DNA of 64,000 nt, from positions 51,150,001 to 51,214,000 of the forward strand of contig OZ024744.1 of the NCBI GenBank assembly GCA_964016885.1. Reading direction: 5' to 3'. This stretch comes from Eledone cirrhosa. Its lineage: Eukaryota. Of the stretch, positions 51,160 to 64,000 are shown piece by piece (positions within the stretch are counted from its first letter, which is position 1; each line of letters opens with the position of its first letter). The notes under the pieces are model-generated. The model was not told where the DNA came from. It did no database searches and worked only from the letters and a program-made list of their open reading frames with translations. A program made the position numbers and the translations under genes.

Positions 51160-53230
51160 CGGAGTGGACATAGCAGAAAACATAGCAGTGGACACATGAC
51201 ATAGGAGTGGACATAGGACATAGGAGTGGACATAGGATATAGGGGTGGACATAGGGGTGGACATAGAATATAGACATAGGGGTGGATATAGGACATAGGA
51301 GTGGACATAGGATATAGGGGTGGACATAGGGGTGAACATAGAATATAGACATAGGGGTGGATATAGGACATAGGAGTGGACATAGGATATAGGGGTGGAC
51401 ATAGGGGTGGACATAGGACATATGAGTGAACATAGAATATAGGACATATGGGTGGACATAGGACATAGGAGTGGACATAGGACATAGCACTGGACATTGA
51501 ACGTAGGAGTGGACATAGGACATAGGAGTGGACATAGGACATAGGACATAGGAGTGGGCATAGGACATAGGAGTGGACATAGGACATAGGACATAGGAGT
51601 AGACATAGGACATATGAGTGGACATAGGATTGGACATAGGACATAGGAGTGGACATAGGAGTGGACATAGGACATAGGAGTGGACATAGGAGTGGACATA
51701 GGACATAGGAGTGGACATAGGAGTGGACATAGGACATAGGAGTGGACATAGGACATAGGACATAGGAGTGGACATAGGACATATGAGTGGACATAGGACA
51801 TATGACATAGGAGTGGACATAGGACATATGAGTGGACATAGGAGTGGACATAGGACATAGGAGTGGACATAGGACACAGGACATAGGACATAGGAGTGGA
51901 CATAGGACATAGGACATAGGACATAGGACATAGGAGTGGACATAGGACATAGGACATAGGACATAGGACATAGGAGTGGACATAGGACATATGAGTGGAC
52001 ATAGGACATATGAGTGGACATAGGAGTGGACATAGGACATAGGACATAGGAGTAGACATAGGACATATGAGTGGACATAGGATTGGACATAGGACATAGG
52101 ACATAGGAGTGGACATAGGAGTGGACATAGGACATAGGACATAGGAGTAGACATAGGAGTGGACATAGGACATAGGAGTGGACATAGGAGTGGACATAGG
52201 ACATAGGAGTGGACATAGGACATAGGACATAGGAGTAGACATAGGACATAGGACATAGGAGTGGACATAGGAGTGGACATAGGACATAGGAGTGGACATA
52301 GGACATAGGACATAGGAGTAGACATAGGAGTGGACATAGGACATAGGAGTGGACATAGGACATAGGACATAGGAGTGGACATAGGACATATGAGTGGACA
52401 TAGGACATATGACATAGGAGTGGACATAGGACATATGAGTGGACATAGGAGTGGACATAGGACATAGGAGTGGACATAGGACACAGGACATAGGACATAG
52501 GAGTGGACATAGGACATAGGACATAGGACATAGGACATAGGAGTGGACATAGGACATAGGACATAGGACATAGGACATAGGAGTGGACATAGGACATATG
52601 AGTGGACATAGGACATATGAGTGGACATAGGAGTGGACATAGGACATAGGACATAGGAGTAGACATAGGACATATGAGTGGACATAGGATTGGACATAGG
52701 ACATAGGACATAGGAGTGGACATAGGAGTGGACATAGGACATAGGACATAGGAGTAGACATAGGAGTGGACATAGGACATAGGAGTGGACATAGGAGTGG
52801 ACATAGGACATAGGAGTGGACATAGGACATAGGACATAGGAGTAGACATAGGACATATGAGTGGACATAGAAGTGGACATAGGACATAGGACATAGGAGT
52901 AGACATAGGACATAGGACATAGGAGTAGACATAGGACATATGAGTGGACATAGGATTGGACATAGGACATAGGACATAGGAGTGGACATAGGAGTGGACA
53001 TAGGACATAGGACATAGGAGTGGACATAGGAGTGGACATAGGACATAGGACATAGGAGTGGACATAGGAGTGGACATAGGAGTGGACATAGGACATAGGA
53101 GTGGACATAGGACATAGGACATAGGAGTAGACATAGGACATAGGACATAGGACATAGGAGTAGACATAGGACATATGAGTGGACATAGAAGTGGACATAG
53201 GACATAGGAGTGGACATAGAAGTGGACATG
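51160..53230. repeat. Compound satellite of GGACATA (7-mer) and GGAGT/TGAGT (5-mer) words with a 607-bp higher-order duplication
   Basis: Rare variants ggacacagg at 51872/52479 and ggattgg at 52080/52687. Confidence 0.92.
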
Positions 53231-53329
53231 CAGGCCACACATCTAATGTTACCGGACATCCACTTTTTCAATACAGATTCGTGACAGTTGCCATATATAC
53301 ATTCCCCTTTACTATCTACTACACATACT

Positions 53330-55380
53330 TGTGTATACACACATATATACACACACAGATACAAACACACATACACACATACACACACACATACATCTAC
53401 ACACACATATATATATACATAAATTCACACAATCATACACATTTACATACAAACACAATACGACACAGGCATAACACACACATACACACATTCACACAAA
53501 AACAAATACACACACACACAGACACACACATACACGCACATATATACACATACATTCACACGAAACACATAACACACACAACACAATACAACACACACAA
53601 ACACCACAACACACACACACCACAACACACACCACAACACACACCACAACACCACAATACACCACAACACACACGCGACACACACCACAACACACACCAC
53701 AACACACACCACAACACACACACGACACACGCCACAACACACACACGACAAGTCATATACGACACACACCACAACACACACACGACACACACAACAACAC
53801 ACACACGACACACACCACAACACACACCACAACACACACACAACACACACCACAACACACACACGACACACACACTACAACACACACCACAACACACACA
53901 CGACACACACCACAACACACACCACAACACACACACGACACACACCACAACACACACCACACCACATCTCACACGACACACACCACAACACACACCACAA
54001 CACACACCACACCACACACCACACACCACAACACACACGCGTCACTCACCACACACCACAACACACACGCGACACTCACCACACACCACAACACACACCA
54101 CAACACACACACGACACATACCACAACACACACCGCACCACACACCACAATACACACCACAACACACACACACCACACACACCACAACACACACCACACC
54201 ACACACCACAACACACACACACACCACAAACACACACACACACACACACCACAACACACACACGACACACACCACAACACACACCACAACACACACACGA
54301 CACACACCACAACACACACCACACCACAACACACACGACACACACCACAACAAACACCACACCACACACCACAACACACACGACAACACACACACACACG
54401 ACACATACCACAACACACACCACACCACACACACGACACACACACTACAACACACACCACAACATACACACGACACACACACAACACACACCACAACACA
54501 CACCACACCACAACATACACCACAACACACAAACGACACACACCACAATACACACCATAACACACACGACACACACCACAACACACATCACACACCACAA
54601 CACACACACGACACACACCACACACCACAACACACACCACAACACACACACGACACACACCACAACACACACCACAACACACACCACAACACACACACAA
54701 CACACACCACAACACACACACAACGCACACCACAACACACACACACCACAACACCACAACACACACACACCACAACAACACACACGACAACACACACACA
54801 CGACACATACCACAACACACACCACACCACACACACGACACACACACTACAACACACACCACAACACACACACGACACACACACAACACACACCACAACA
54901 CACACCACACCACACACCACAATACACACCATAACACACACGACACACACCACAACACACACCACACCACACATCACACACCACAACACACACACGACAC
55001 ACACCACAACACACACCACAACACACACACGACACACACCACAACACACACCACAACACACACGACAACACACACTACAACACACACACAACACACACCA
55101 CAACACACACACACCACAACACCACAAAACACATACGACACACACCACAATACACACCACAACACACACCACAACACACAACACAACACAACACAATACA
55201 CCCACACAACACAACATACAACACAACACACACAACATAATACAACACACCTACACACCACAACATACACCACAACACACACAACATAATACAACACACC
55301 CACACACCACAACACACCCACACACCACAACACACCCACACACCACAACATACACACGACACACACCAGAACAAAACACT
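53330..55380. repeat. C/A-rich degenerate minisatellite (CACAACACACAC-type)
   Basis: Direct sequence. Confidence 0.92.
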
Positions 55381-55594
55381 TATCAGATGGTCTAAGGTAA
55401 CACATGTAATGCCATGTGTGTGTATATATGTGTGTGTACTTATTTATATATATATGTGTGTGTGTGCGCATGTGTGTTTGTGTATGTGTGTATGTACATG
55501 TGTGTATATGCATGTGTGTGCGCGCGCATGTATGTATGTGTGTGTATATATATATATGTATATATATATGTGTGTGTGTGTGTGTATATATATG

Positions 55595-55637
<43 letters not shown>

Positions 55638-56133
55638 ATGTGTGTATGTACATGTGTGTATATGTATGTGTGCGCGCGCGCGCATACCTATATGTGTGTA
55701 TGTATATATTTATATATATGTATATATATGAGAGTGAGTGTGTGTGTTGATATTATTGATAACTGCCATACTTCAATCGTTGAGAAATTTTAAACCAGTC
55801 GTCCACTATTTCCTGCCTCTCCCATGATACTTTACGAGTGTTGCTAAACACGTGACCGAGTCGTCATTGGTATGACGAATTTGATTTAGAATATTGAGCC
55901 GACCAATGTTAATACACAGGATTTATGAATGTTACATTTACAAACTAAGTATATAAAACTAATGAGAGGAAATACAGTAGAAAAACTCCTAATAGTAAAT
56001 TACGAAATGATTACACTGGAGCACAGTCGTCTTATACATATATGTGTATATATGTATGTAAACATATATATAATGTGAGTGTGTGTCTATCTGTACGTGT
56101 GCGTGCATGTGTGCATATACATAAACGCATATA

Positions 56134-56643
56134 TCTATACATATATATAAAACTGAAATTGTCTGTGTGTGTGTCCCCTAATTTTTGCAAAGTTTATACA
56201 AATCCATATTTCTACTACGATTGACTTCAAACTTGCATTTATATATTCCTTGTGGTCTAAAGATATTAACTGTAGTTTTTATTTTTCAATTTTCTGTTGT
56301 TAAAGGGGTGTTAGGCGCCGGTTATCCATATCTCTCTCTCTTTCTTAGTCTGTCTTTTTAGATAGATACATAGCTATAACGTTGCGCCCTTATAATATCT
56401 GTCTGTATGTCTGGCTGTCTGCATTATGACAAATATTGTTCTCATTGTTGACGTATTATCTTCGCTATTTTCCGTTCATTGCCAGGGAACGTCTTCACGA
56501 ACCAAAGTATCGTCTCCCTGTTTTCCTTCTGTTGCAACGTTTTTCGAAATATTTACTTCTGCGTTCACAGATTGATTTTTTAGTTTCAGAAGTTCGCGCT
56601 AAGGGTGAAAGCAACGATTCTTTGCTTAAACTTTAATCTGTTA

Positions 56644-56700
<57 letters not shown>

Positions 56701-56829
56701 GTGTACAGCTACTTTTGCATTTACAATAACAAAATAAAAACAAACGTATTTATTTCACGAGGCTCGATAAGGATAAATATATATCAAATATATAAGAACC
56801 CTACAGCAAATCTCGGGCCATTCTGCTAG
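56134..56829 (+). mobile_element. Probable non-autonomous Helitron with a nested insertion
   Basis: A|TCTATAC..ATAAAA start and cgggccattctgCTAG|T end. Internal segment ends in the ttgcttaaactttaatctg terminus followed by (TA)n. Confidence 0.5.
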
Positions 56830-56927
56830 TTATTATTATTATATATATATATATATAACGAAGGATGTGTGGTAAGGAACCAGGTGGACCATAACGCACC
56901 AGAGTACTCAATACTTAGGGAACATTT

Positions 56928-57023
<96 letters not shown>

Positions 57024-57233
57024 ATATAAATATTCCAACAGGTACTAAGTACCCACGGAAATATATATGGTGTCTATAATAATTGTTGTTCAATGGTTCT
57101 AATTTGAGATACCAGAACTATAAAAATGAGCGGAACAATTAAATAAATTAAAATGAGCGGAACATTAAATAAATTAAAATGAGCGGAATATTAAATAAAT
57201 TAAAATACGATTTAAATATTCACCTGTTCTAAT

Positions 57234-57313
57234 GCTGTTACCGACGGTTTAGCTTATCAAAAGATTGGACATTCAGAGAATTTCCAATGGAAAGAATCAT
57301 CTCTTCAGACAGC
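57234..57313 (-). ncRNA. Hammerhead motif with one core substitution
   Basis: Reverse complement: gctgt-CTGAAGA-...-TAAA (for GAAA)-CCGTCGG-TA-acagc. Confidence 0.6.
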
Positions 57314-57370
57314 TATTTCCATTCTATAGGGCATAAAGCTTCACAGTTTGTAAATATATCGCTTCCTGCC

Positions 57371-57438
<68 letters not shown>

Positions 57439-57556
57439 TATATAATGTTTTTATATATATTCTTTCTTATGTATATTTTCCGTTATATTTTCCAGCCACA
57501 ATCTCAATTTTAATAGAATTTTACTTTATTTCCATATTTTCATATATTTATAACTT

Positions 57557-57587
57557 TTCATCTGATGAACGAACGAAACGTAATGGA
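57557..57587 (+). ncRNA. Minimal hammerhead motif
   Basis: ttcat-CTGATGA-acgaac-GAAA-CG-TA-atgga. Stem II is essentially absent. Confidence 0.55.
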
Positions 57588-58003
57588 GTAGTTATATAAT
57601 AATAATAAGAAGAAGAAGAAGCAATAATAATAATAATAAGAAGAAGAAAACGCACATGGTGGATATATATATCGTTATGGAATCGCTCCCGTAAGTTTTT
57701 GATTTTTACTTATTTAAAACAACTGTGATAGAATAATTCTTATTACAAATGAAGTATAAGATTACAGTTTTGACCCTCAGCAGGCAACAACGCATCACAT
57801 TACGTCATAGGGCCCCAATATTTAATATTGGATCAGAAATGTTATAGTCGAAAAAGAGAAAATGGCTAAGTGGACAGATAGGCAAATAATTTCACCACCA
57901 ACACCACCACCATCACCACTACCACGCCAAAAACTCTAGTCAAGTTATCTCAACTTCTATTTCTACTTCAACTTCAACACCATCACAACAGTACTACGAT
58001 CAT

Positions 58004-58146
58004 ATCACCACCACCACTGCCTCATTATCGCTACCGCCGCTATTCTCTCCCACTACCTCCTGCTAAGTAGTACTAGCACATCACCACCACCACCACTGCC
58101 TCATTATCGCTACCGCCGCTATTCTCTCCCACTACCTCCTGCTAAG
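58004..58146. repeat. Local tandem duplication (~78 bp)
   Basis: caccaccactgcctcattatcgctaccgccgc...cctgctaag occurs twice. Confidence 0.85.
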
Positions 58147-58419
58147 ACAGGCATCATAGTATTCCCACTAAATGAGGAAGGCATCAAAAGATATAAATAG
58201 ACTGATTTGATGACCCGGTCAAAAAATCAAAAAGTCAAAAATCAAAATAGCACAGCAGCAACGAAAAACGTAAAGAAAAGAAAAAAGAAAAGAAAAACAA
58301 ACAGACAGACAGACAAGCAAAAAAAAAACTAAGTCAGACATTCAAACATTACATTACAATGAAACTTATGCTTATTTTTTGGGTTTTTTACCTGTTTGTT
58401 TGTTTATTTATGTTCGTCT

Positions 58420-61190
58420 ACAGCGTGATAGTGCCACGCTAAAATCACCGAGAGTGATGAAATCACCGGTGGTTATGTAACCATACATTCACCAATCCTC
58501 GATAAGACTGTTTCAATGTCGAACCTAAACAGTTCGAATAACGGTGAAGTGGAGACTGGAATGTCATGTGACAGACTCTCACCCAGCAGGTGCTCCCTGG
58601 CTCAGCAGCAGGGACCTGGCTGTCAACCAAATACTGCTGGTGTCGGAGGAAGAAGAAGGAAAGGGACCAGAACCAACTGGACGAAAGAATTGAATAGAAC
58701 TGTTATGCAATGTTACCTGAAGAGTAACCCCAAGGAAAAAGGCTATAGGAAACGGATGCATAACATCTGGAACGAGATCGGTCTATTTAAATTAGATGAA
58801 CAAAAATTGGCCGGGCAGGCTCGGGTAATAAGAACTAATGGGTGGATAAGCGAGCTGGAACTGGGTTGGAAATGGAGAGTGCAGTATGCCACGCAAATGA
58901 GCCAGTGGGAAATGAAGGTGAAGAGGTTGAGAGAACGGAGGAACCATCCGAAGCAGACAATGATCTGAATGCTGAAATAAATAATTGTTTCTACGTTAGG
59001 CACAAGGCCAGCAAATACCCAGTGTATTACTGGTACTTTATTTTATCGACCCCGTAAGGATGAAAGGCAAAGTTATAATACCTGGAACAAAGATACGGCC
59101 ATTGAGGAGATGAATGCTGACGGGCTAGGACAAGATTTGTTTGATATCCTAAACTTAGTGGTAGATGAAATGAACAATGATAGTGGGAAACGTATGAACC
59201 TAAAATTTGTAGACAGGAAAAAGTTAAAAGAAACAACAGCTAAGGTAAACAAAGTCATCCCATACCTTGAGGCGAGGAGCCTTCACCAGTGCAACAGTAT
59301 CCTCAAAGCAACAGCAAATGCGGTGAGGAAATTACTTGGCATAAAAGCGAGAGGAAACAACAAACAAGAAAGTGGAAGAAACGACTGAATGGTCAAATCA
59401 GGGAAATGAGAAATGACATTGGAAAGCTTGAGTCCTGTAACATCCCTCCACCCGAAACTGACAACCATGTTCAATGACTGCTTGATGTCAGGTGAGGTAC
59501 CAGAGTGGTTGACAAAAGGTACCATAGTTCTGGTAATGAAAGACCGAATCAAGGGTAATGATGTTACCAACTATAGACCTATCACATGTCTGTCCGTAAT
59601 GTGGAAACTGTTGACAAGCATTGTGTCTGAGGAAATCTACCATCACCTCCACACAAACAACTTGTTTACCGGACGAACAGAAAGGATGCCGAAAGAAGTC
59701 CCGTGGTACAAAGGACCAGTTACTTATTGATAAGATGGTAATGAGGAATTGCAAGAGGAGACACACTGATCTTGCCATGGGATGGATAGACTACAAAAAG
59801 GCATTTGACATGGTGCCTCATTCTTGGATCACCAAAAGCCTAGAGATCTTCAAGGTGGCAGATAACATCAGACAGTTGTTGAACAAAAGTATGAAGTCCT
59901 GGAAAACAGAGTTAACATCAGCTGGAGAATCCTTGGGAGGCGTGATGATCAAGAGAGGTATCTTCCAGGGAGATAGTTTGTCCTCTCTGTTGTTTGTCCT
60001 TGCCCTGATGCCCCTGACCATTATACTGCGAAAAGTGAGAGCAGGATACAAGTTGGGAAAGGGAGAGATTACCATCAATCACCTCCTCTTCATAGACGAT
60101 CTTAAGCTCTTCGGGAAGAGTGAGAAGGAGTTGGATGTGCTTGTTGACACTGTCCGTATTTTCAGCAATGATATATGTATGCAATTTGTTATTAGTAAGT
60201 GTGGAGTTCTTGTGATGAAGAGGGGTAGGTTGAGCAGAAGTAACGGGATCCAGGTACCAACAGGTGAGATGATAAAGAAAATTGACATTGAAGAAGGATA
60301 CAAGTATTTGGGTGTTCTGGAGGCTGATGGCATAAAGAACAAAAAAATGAATGAATTGATAAGATCTGAATACATTCGGAGAGAAAGGAGCGTATTAAAG
60401 TCACATCTGAACAGCAGAAATGCCATAAGTGCAGTAAATTCCCGAGCTGTGTCTATTATTAGGTACAGTGCGGAAATTCTGAGATGGAATGTTGCTGAAC
60501 AAAAAGAAATGGATAGGAAGACAAGGAGGAGGCTAGCCTACTGTGCAGGATCTGTGGAGAGAGGAGACTGTGGCTCACATTGTATCCGAGTGTAAACACC
60601 TAGCCCAGACTCACTATAAAGGCTGGAGACATGATGTGATGGGCAGGGTGATCCACTGGCACCTATGCAAAGTAAATAATTTACCACATTCTGAGAAGTG
60701 ATATGAGCATAAGCCAGAGTCGGTGATAGAAAACGATCAGGTGAAGGTGCTATGGGATTTTAGGATACAGACGGACAAGAAACTGGAACACAATAGACCT
60801 GACCTGGTGGTTTTGGACAAGGAAAAAAGATCGTGCCTGATTGTGGATGTGGCCTGCCCATTCGACACGAGAGTGCAAGAGAAGGAGAGGGAGAAAATTA
60901 ACCGATACCAGGACTTAAAGTGGGAGGTAAAAAGGATTTGGAACTGCCATGAAGTCAAAGTGGTCCCGATTGTCATAGGAGCACTAGGTACTATCTCAAA
61001 AAGTTTCCAGGGATGGTTAAAGAAAATTGGCCCTGCCTCGTTTTTTGGAACACTTCAAAAGCATGCTTGCTGGGAACAGCAAGAACTCTCCGATACGTCC
61101 TGGATATCTGAGGCTGCAGGTAGTGGCTTGATATTCATTTCAACAAACTTTCCAGTTAACTAACATCAATGACTGAGACTCAAACAATAA
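58420..61190 (+). mobile_element. R4/Dong-like LINE retaining its N-terminus, with internal deletions and a SINE insertion
   Basis: N-terminal WTKELNRTVMQCY...GYRKRMHNIW. RT NYRPITCL, DYKKAFD, FIDD. RLE HNRPDL. (TAA)n tail. Confidence 0.9.
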
Positions 61191-61204
61191 TAATAATAAT
61201 AATG

Positions 61205-64000
61205 GTTTCTTTATTGGCTACAAGGGCTAACACGAAGAAAAACATTTGAGACGGCACAGAACAGTACAGGACGATACAAAGTGGGTTTTGGTCGTGTAAA
61301 TAGGTTATAACAAGATAGAAATCGGGATAGAAATAAAAAAATTCAAACAACAAAATTTCCCCCAAAAGAGGGAGACCTCCGAGGGTCACTCATGGTGAAA
61401 ACCACACAAAAGACCACGGCCACCCTGACCACCAGGGCAAGCGCCCTCTCTCACTTTTCCCACTCCTCAGTCTACAGGCGCATACTCAGAGCGCATACTC
61501 AGAGTCTGGTCCACTCGGACCAGACTCGCCACTTTCACTCACTTTTCAACAAACTTACTAGAAGACAGCACTTGCCTCTCCACCCTGATTTTCCTCTTCA
61601 AGTGAAACTTGAAAAAGTTAATCAGGGATTGGTCGGAGAGGAAAGTGTCCGTCTTCAACGCTTTCAACCTTGTCCACCACACAATCTCTTTCACCATGGC
61701 CACCAGGCAAATGAAAACTGCCTGCCCTTCCCCCTCTTTAAAGGAGGATGGTGGGGATATCTGCACAATGGGCTCAGTCGATAACCGGATCAGTCCTACA
61801 CGTGACAGCAGCTGTTCGACATAGCTCCACAAGTCAGCAATCCTCGGGCACTGAACGAGTGCGTGCACGACGGTTTCGTCGCCCTGCGCGCATCTCGGAC
61901 TGACTCGGCTGACAGCACCTCCATGCATGTAGAGCTTATCCCGAACCGGCAACGCTCCCCGGTAGCACTGCCAGGCCAGAGATTTGTGGAAGTTGTCCAT
62001 AGTCCATAGGTTTGGAGTTCTCTTGAAGAGAGCGAACAGCTGATCGTCTTCGACGCCCAGGGTTCCCCGAGGACGTCGTCGTTCTTACCCTCTACTAGCC
62101 CTCTATAGAACGCCGAGGTGGATGTTCCACCGATACCAGTGCCCAGCTGGTAGAGGGCGGTGAGTGCTTGGAGACATTCCAGCTTCTAAGCGCTATCCTA
62201 CGGTCTTTTCCTGATCCAGGACTGCAACTCCGTCAAGGAGAGGAGCTGGGGAAAAGCGCGTCTGGCAAACGGCGACCACACCAGTTCAGCACCAAGGAAG
62301 CACCAGAGATGTCGCAGCCTCAGCGCATGTTTGCGCATCATCAACCACGGCATGCCTAGTCCCCCACGCAACGGGTGTTGACAGCAAATGGATCGTCTGA
62401 CCATGGGAGCACGTCCCTTCCACAAAAAGCGGAAGAGAAGACGCTCCATTTTGGTCAGAGTTGGGCGGGGGCAAGGTACGACGGTGAGGCGGTAGCAGAT
62501 GACGGATGCTATGTACGCATTCGCCACCTCCCCCTGACCTTTCAGAGACAGCCTCCTCTCGGCCCATTTCTGGGTCAGAGAGGCCACCCTGCTCGTCACC
62601 TTGCTCCAATTTTTCTCCATCTGGAGGTCCGGACCGAACCAGACCCCGAGCAATTTAACCGGTCCTTCCGTCCAGCGCCCCACGAGGCTGTCGGACGGCA
62701 TGGACTTGCCTCTCCAGGTACCGAGTTGCAAGCCCACCGACTTTTCCTGGTTTATCTTTGCTCCTGTCACCGCTACGTATTCCTTGAGAGCAGTGCCGAG
62801 CATCTGGACGTGTTTGGTGCTCGACACCACCACGGTGACGTCGTCGGCGTAAGCTGACACGGATCTCCTGCATCCCAGTTCGAATGGGACCCCCCTCATC
62901 GTCTCCAATTTGTGCAGTAACGGCTCGAGAACCGTAGCCAGGTACCGATGGTCGACCCTATCAAATGCTTTAGATTGATCAGGGCCCTTAACCACCCCCA
63001 TGAGATGGAGGATGTCGTGGATGGATATGTCCGGAATGGTGCATGTCTGCGCCTCTCCCACCAGATCACCGACGACAAGCGCCAATCTCTTTGCTAACAC
63101 CTTGGTTAAAATCTTAAACTCTGCGTTTTCAGAGTTATGGGCTTGAAGTTGTCTATAACGTGCCCCTTGTTCGGGTCTTTTCACAGCAGCGCCACCGCTC
63201 CCCACCTTACAAAACTGGGAATGCTCCTGTTCTGCTGCCAGTTGCAGTAGACATCTGCCAAGAGGTCGCCGAACAAGTCTGGCATATACGCATAAAGCTC
63301 GTAAGCAGACCATCCAAACCTGGCGATTTACCCCTCGTGCAGTCAGACACCGCTTCCCGTATTTCACCTGCTGTTATCGGCTTTTCGTAGCACTGCGCTG
63401 CAGTCGTCGAGAGCCGCGGCAGTCCGTCAAGGTAGGCATCGAAGTCCATACTCCGATCCAGCCCGCCGCCGCCCCTGAACGATTGAGCAAAGGGCTGTTG
63501 AAAAGCCGCACACCTCTGCTCGGGTTCGAGCAATATGCGCCGGTTTTGATCAGGAATAGACCGAATTGTGGGCCTGTTGCCACGTCGTGCCTCCACCACC
63601 TGGGCCCATTGAATGGCTTTCGTCCCCTCATGTCTTAGAGCACGCGCTCTAGCTCTGACAACGCAGCTTTCATGCTTTGCGTTGAAAAATTGGTCGAGTG
63701 CCAATCTCGCCGCAAGCACGTCCTAAACGATACCTGTCCTAAACGCCTCTTCTAGCTTTCTAACTTCCCTCTACTCTATTTTCCTCTAACACTAGTCCTT
63801 TGCTTAACCTTATCGATTCTACTCTAATAGCCTTTCTCAGGGTAAACCACCACCTGTTGTTGACGATCGCACCCGTCAACGCACGCTTAACTAATTCACT
63901 AATCCGGTCTCTGTAAGTGTTGCGCGCCGGGAACGACGCGTTCTGCTTCCTATAGCCGGGCCCTGCCTATGGAGTCTATCTAAGTCAACTCCACAGATCA
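61205..64000 (-). mobile_element. Tx1/L1-like ORF2 pseudogene, running off the window edge
   Basis: KSPGLDGL, FKILTKVLAKRL, DQSKAFDRVDH, AYADD, GGLGMP, C-terminal ETVVHALVQCP. Confidence 0.9.

Noticed and set aside
50994-53406. Three 720-790 aa minus-strand ORFs
   Set aside because: All three frames are open because the TATGTCC/ACTCC words contain no stop codon; satellite artefact.
53179-55395. 738-aa His/Thr-rich ORF and its Val/Cys-rich antisense ORFs
   Set aside because: Translation of a C/A-only minisatellite, with no codon structure.
58420-58640. HDV-like ribozyme expected at the R4/Dong 5' end
   Set aside because: Could not assemble the nested double pseudoknot by eye.

Overview
AT-rich, microsatellite-saturated eukaryotic non-coding DNA. 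The repeat style suggests a cephalopod (octopus-like) genome, which is my inference. I found no credible host protein-coding exon. Every long ORF is either a decayed retrotransposon or a low-complexity artefact. Retroelements present: R4/Dong-like LINEs with a restriction-like endonuclease, RTE-like LINEs, Tx1/L1-like LINEs with an AP endonuclease, and Penelope-like (PLE) RT + GIY-YIG elements. Also present: many tRNA-derived SINEs, three non-autonomous Helitrons, a pogo/Tigger-like MITE and two large satellites. The most striking structure is a dense set (about 10 loci) of short non-coding elements, most carrying type-I hammerhead ribozyme (HHR) cores (CUGANGA...GAAA with a palindromic stem III). 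Most sit in (TA)n as asymmetric fold-back palindromes whose 3' ends point outward. One palindrome repeats exactly the termini of a near-complete PLE in the same window. Another has arms that are different circular permutations of one ~260-nt monomer. Together these point to a PLE-mobilised, retrozyme-like system. A separate non-coding element family begins with an HDV-like ribozyme fold. All ribozyme calls are manual motif and base-pairing reads, not model searches.
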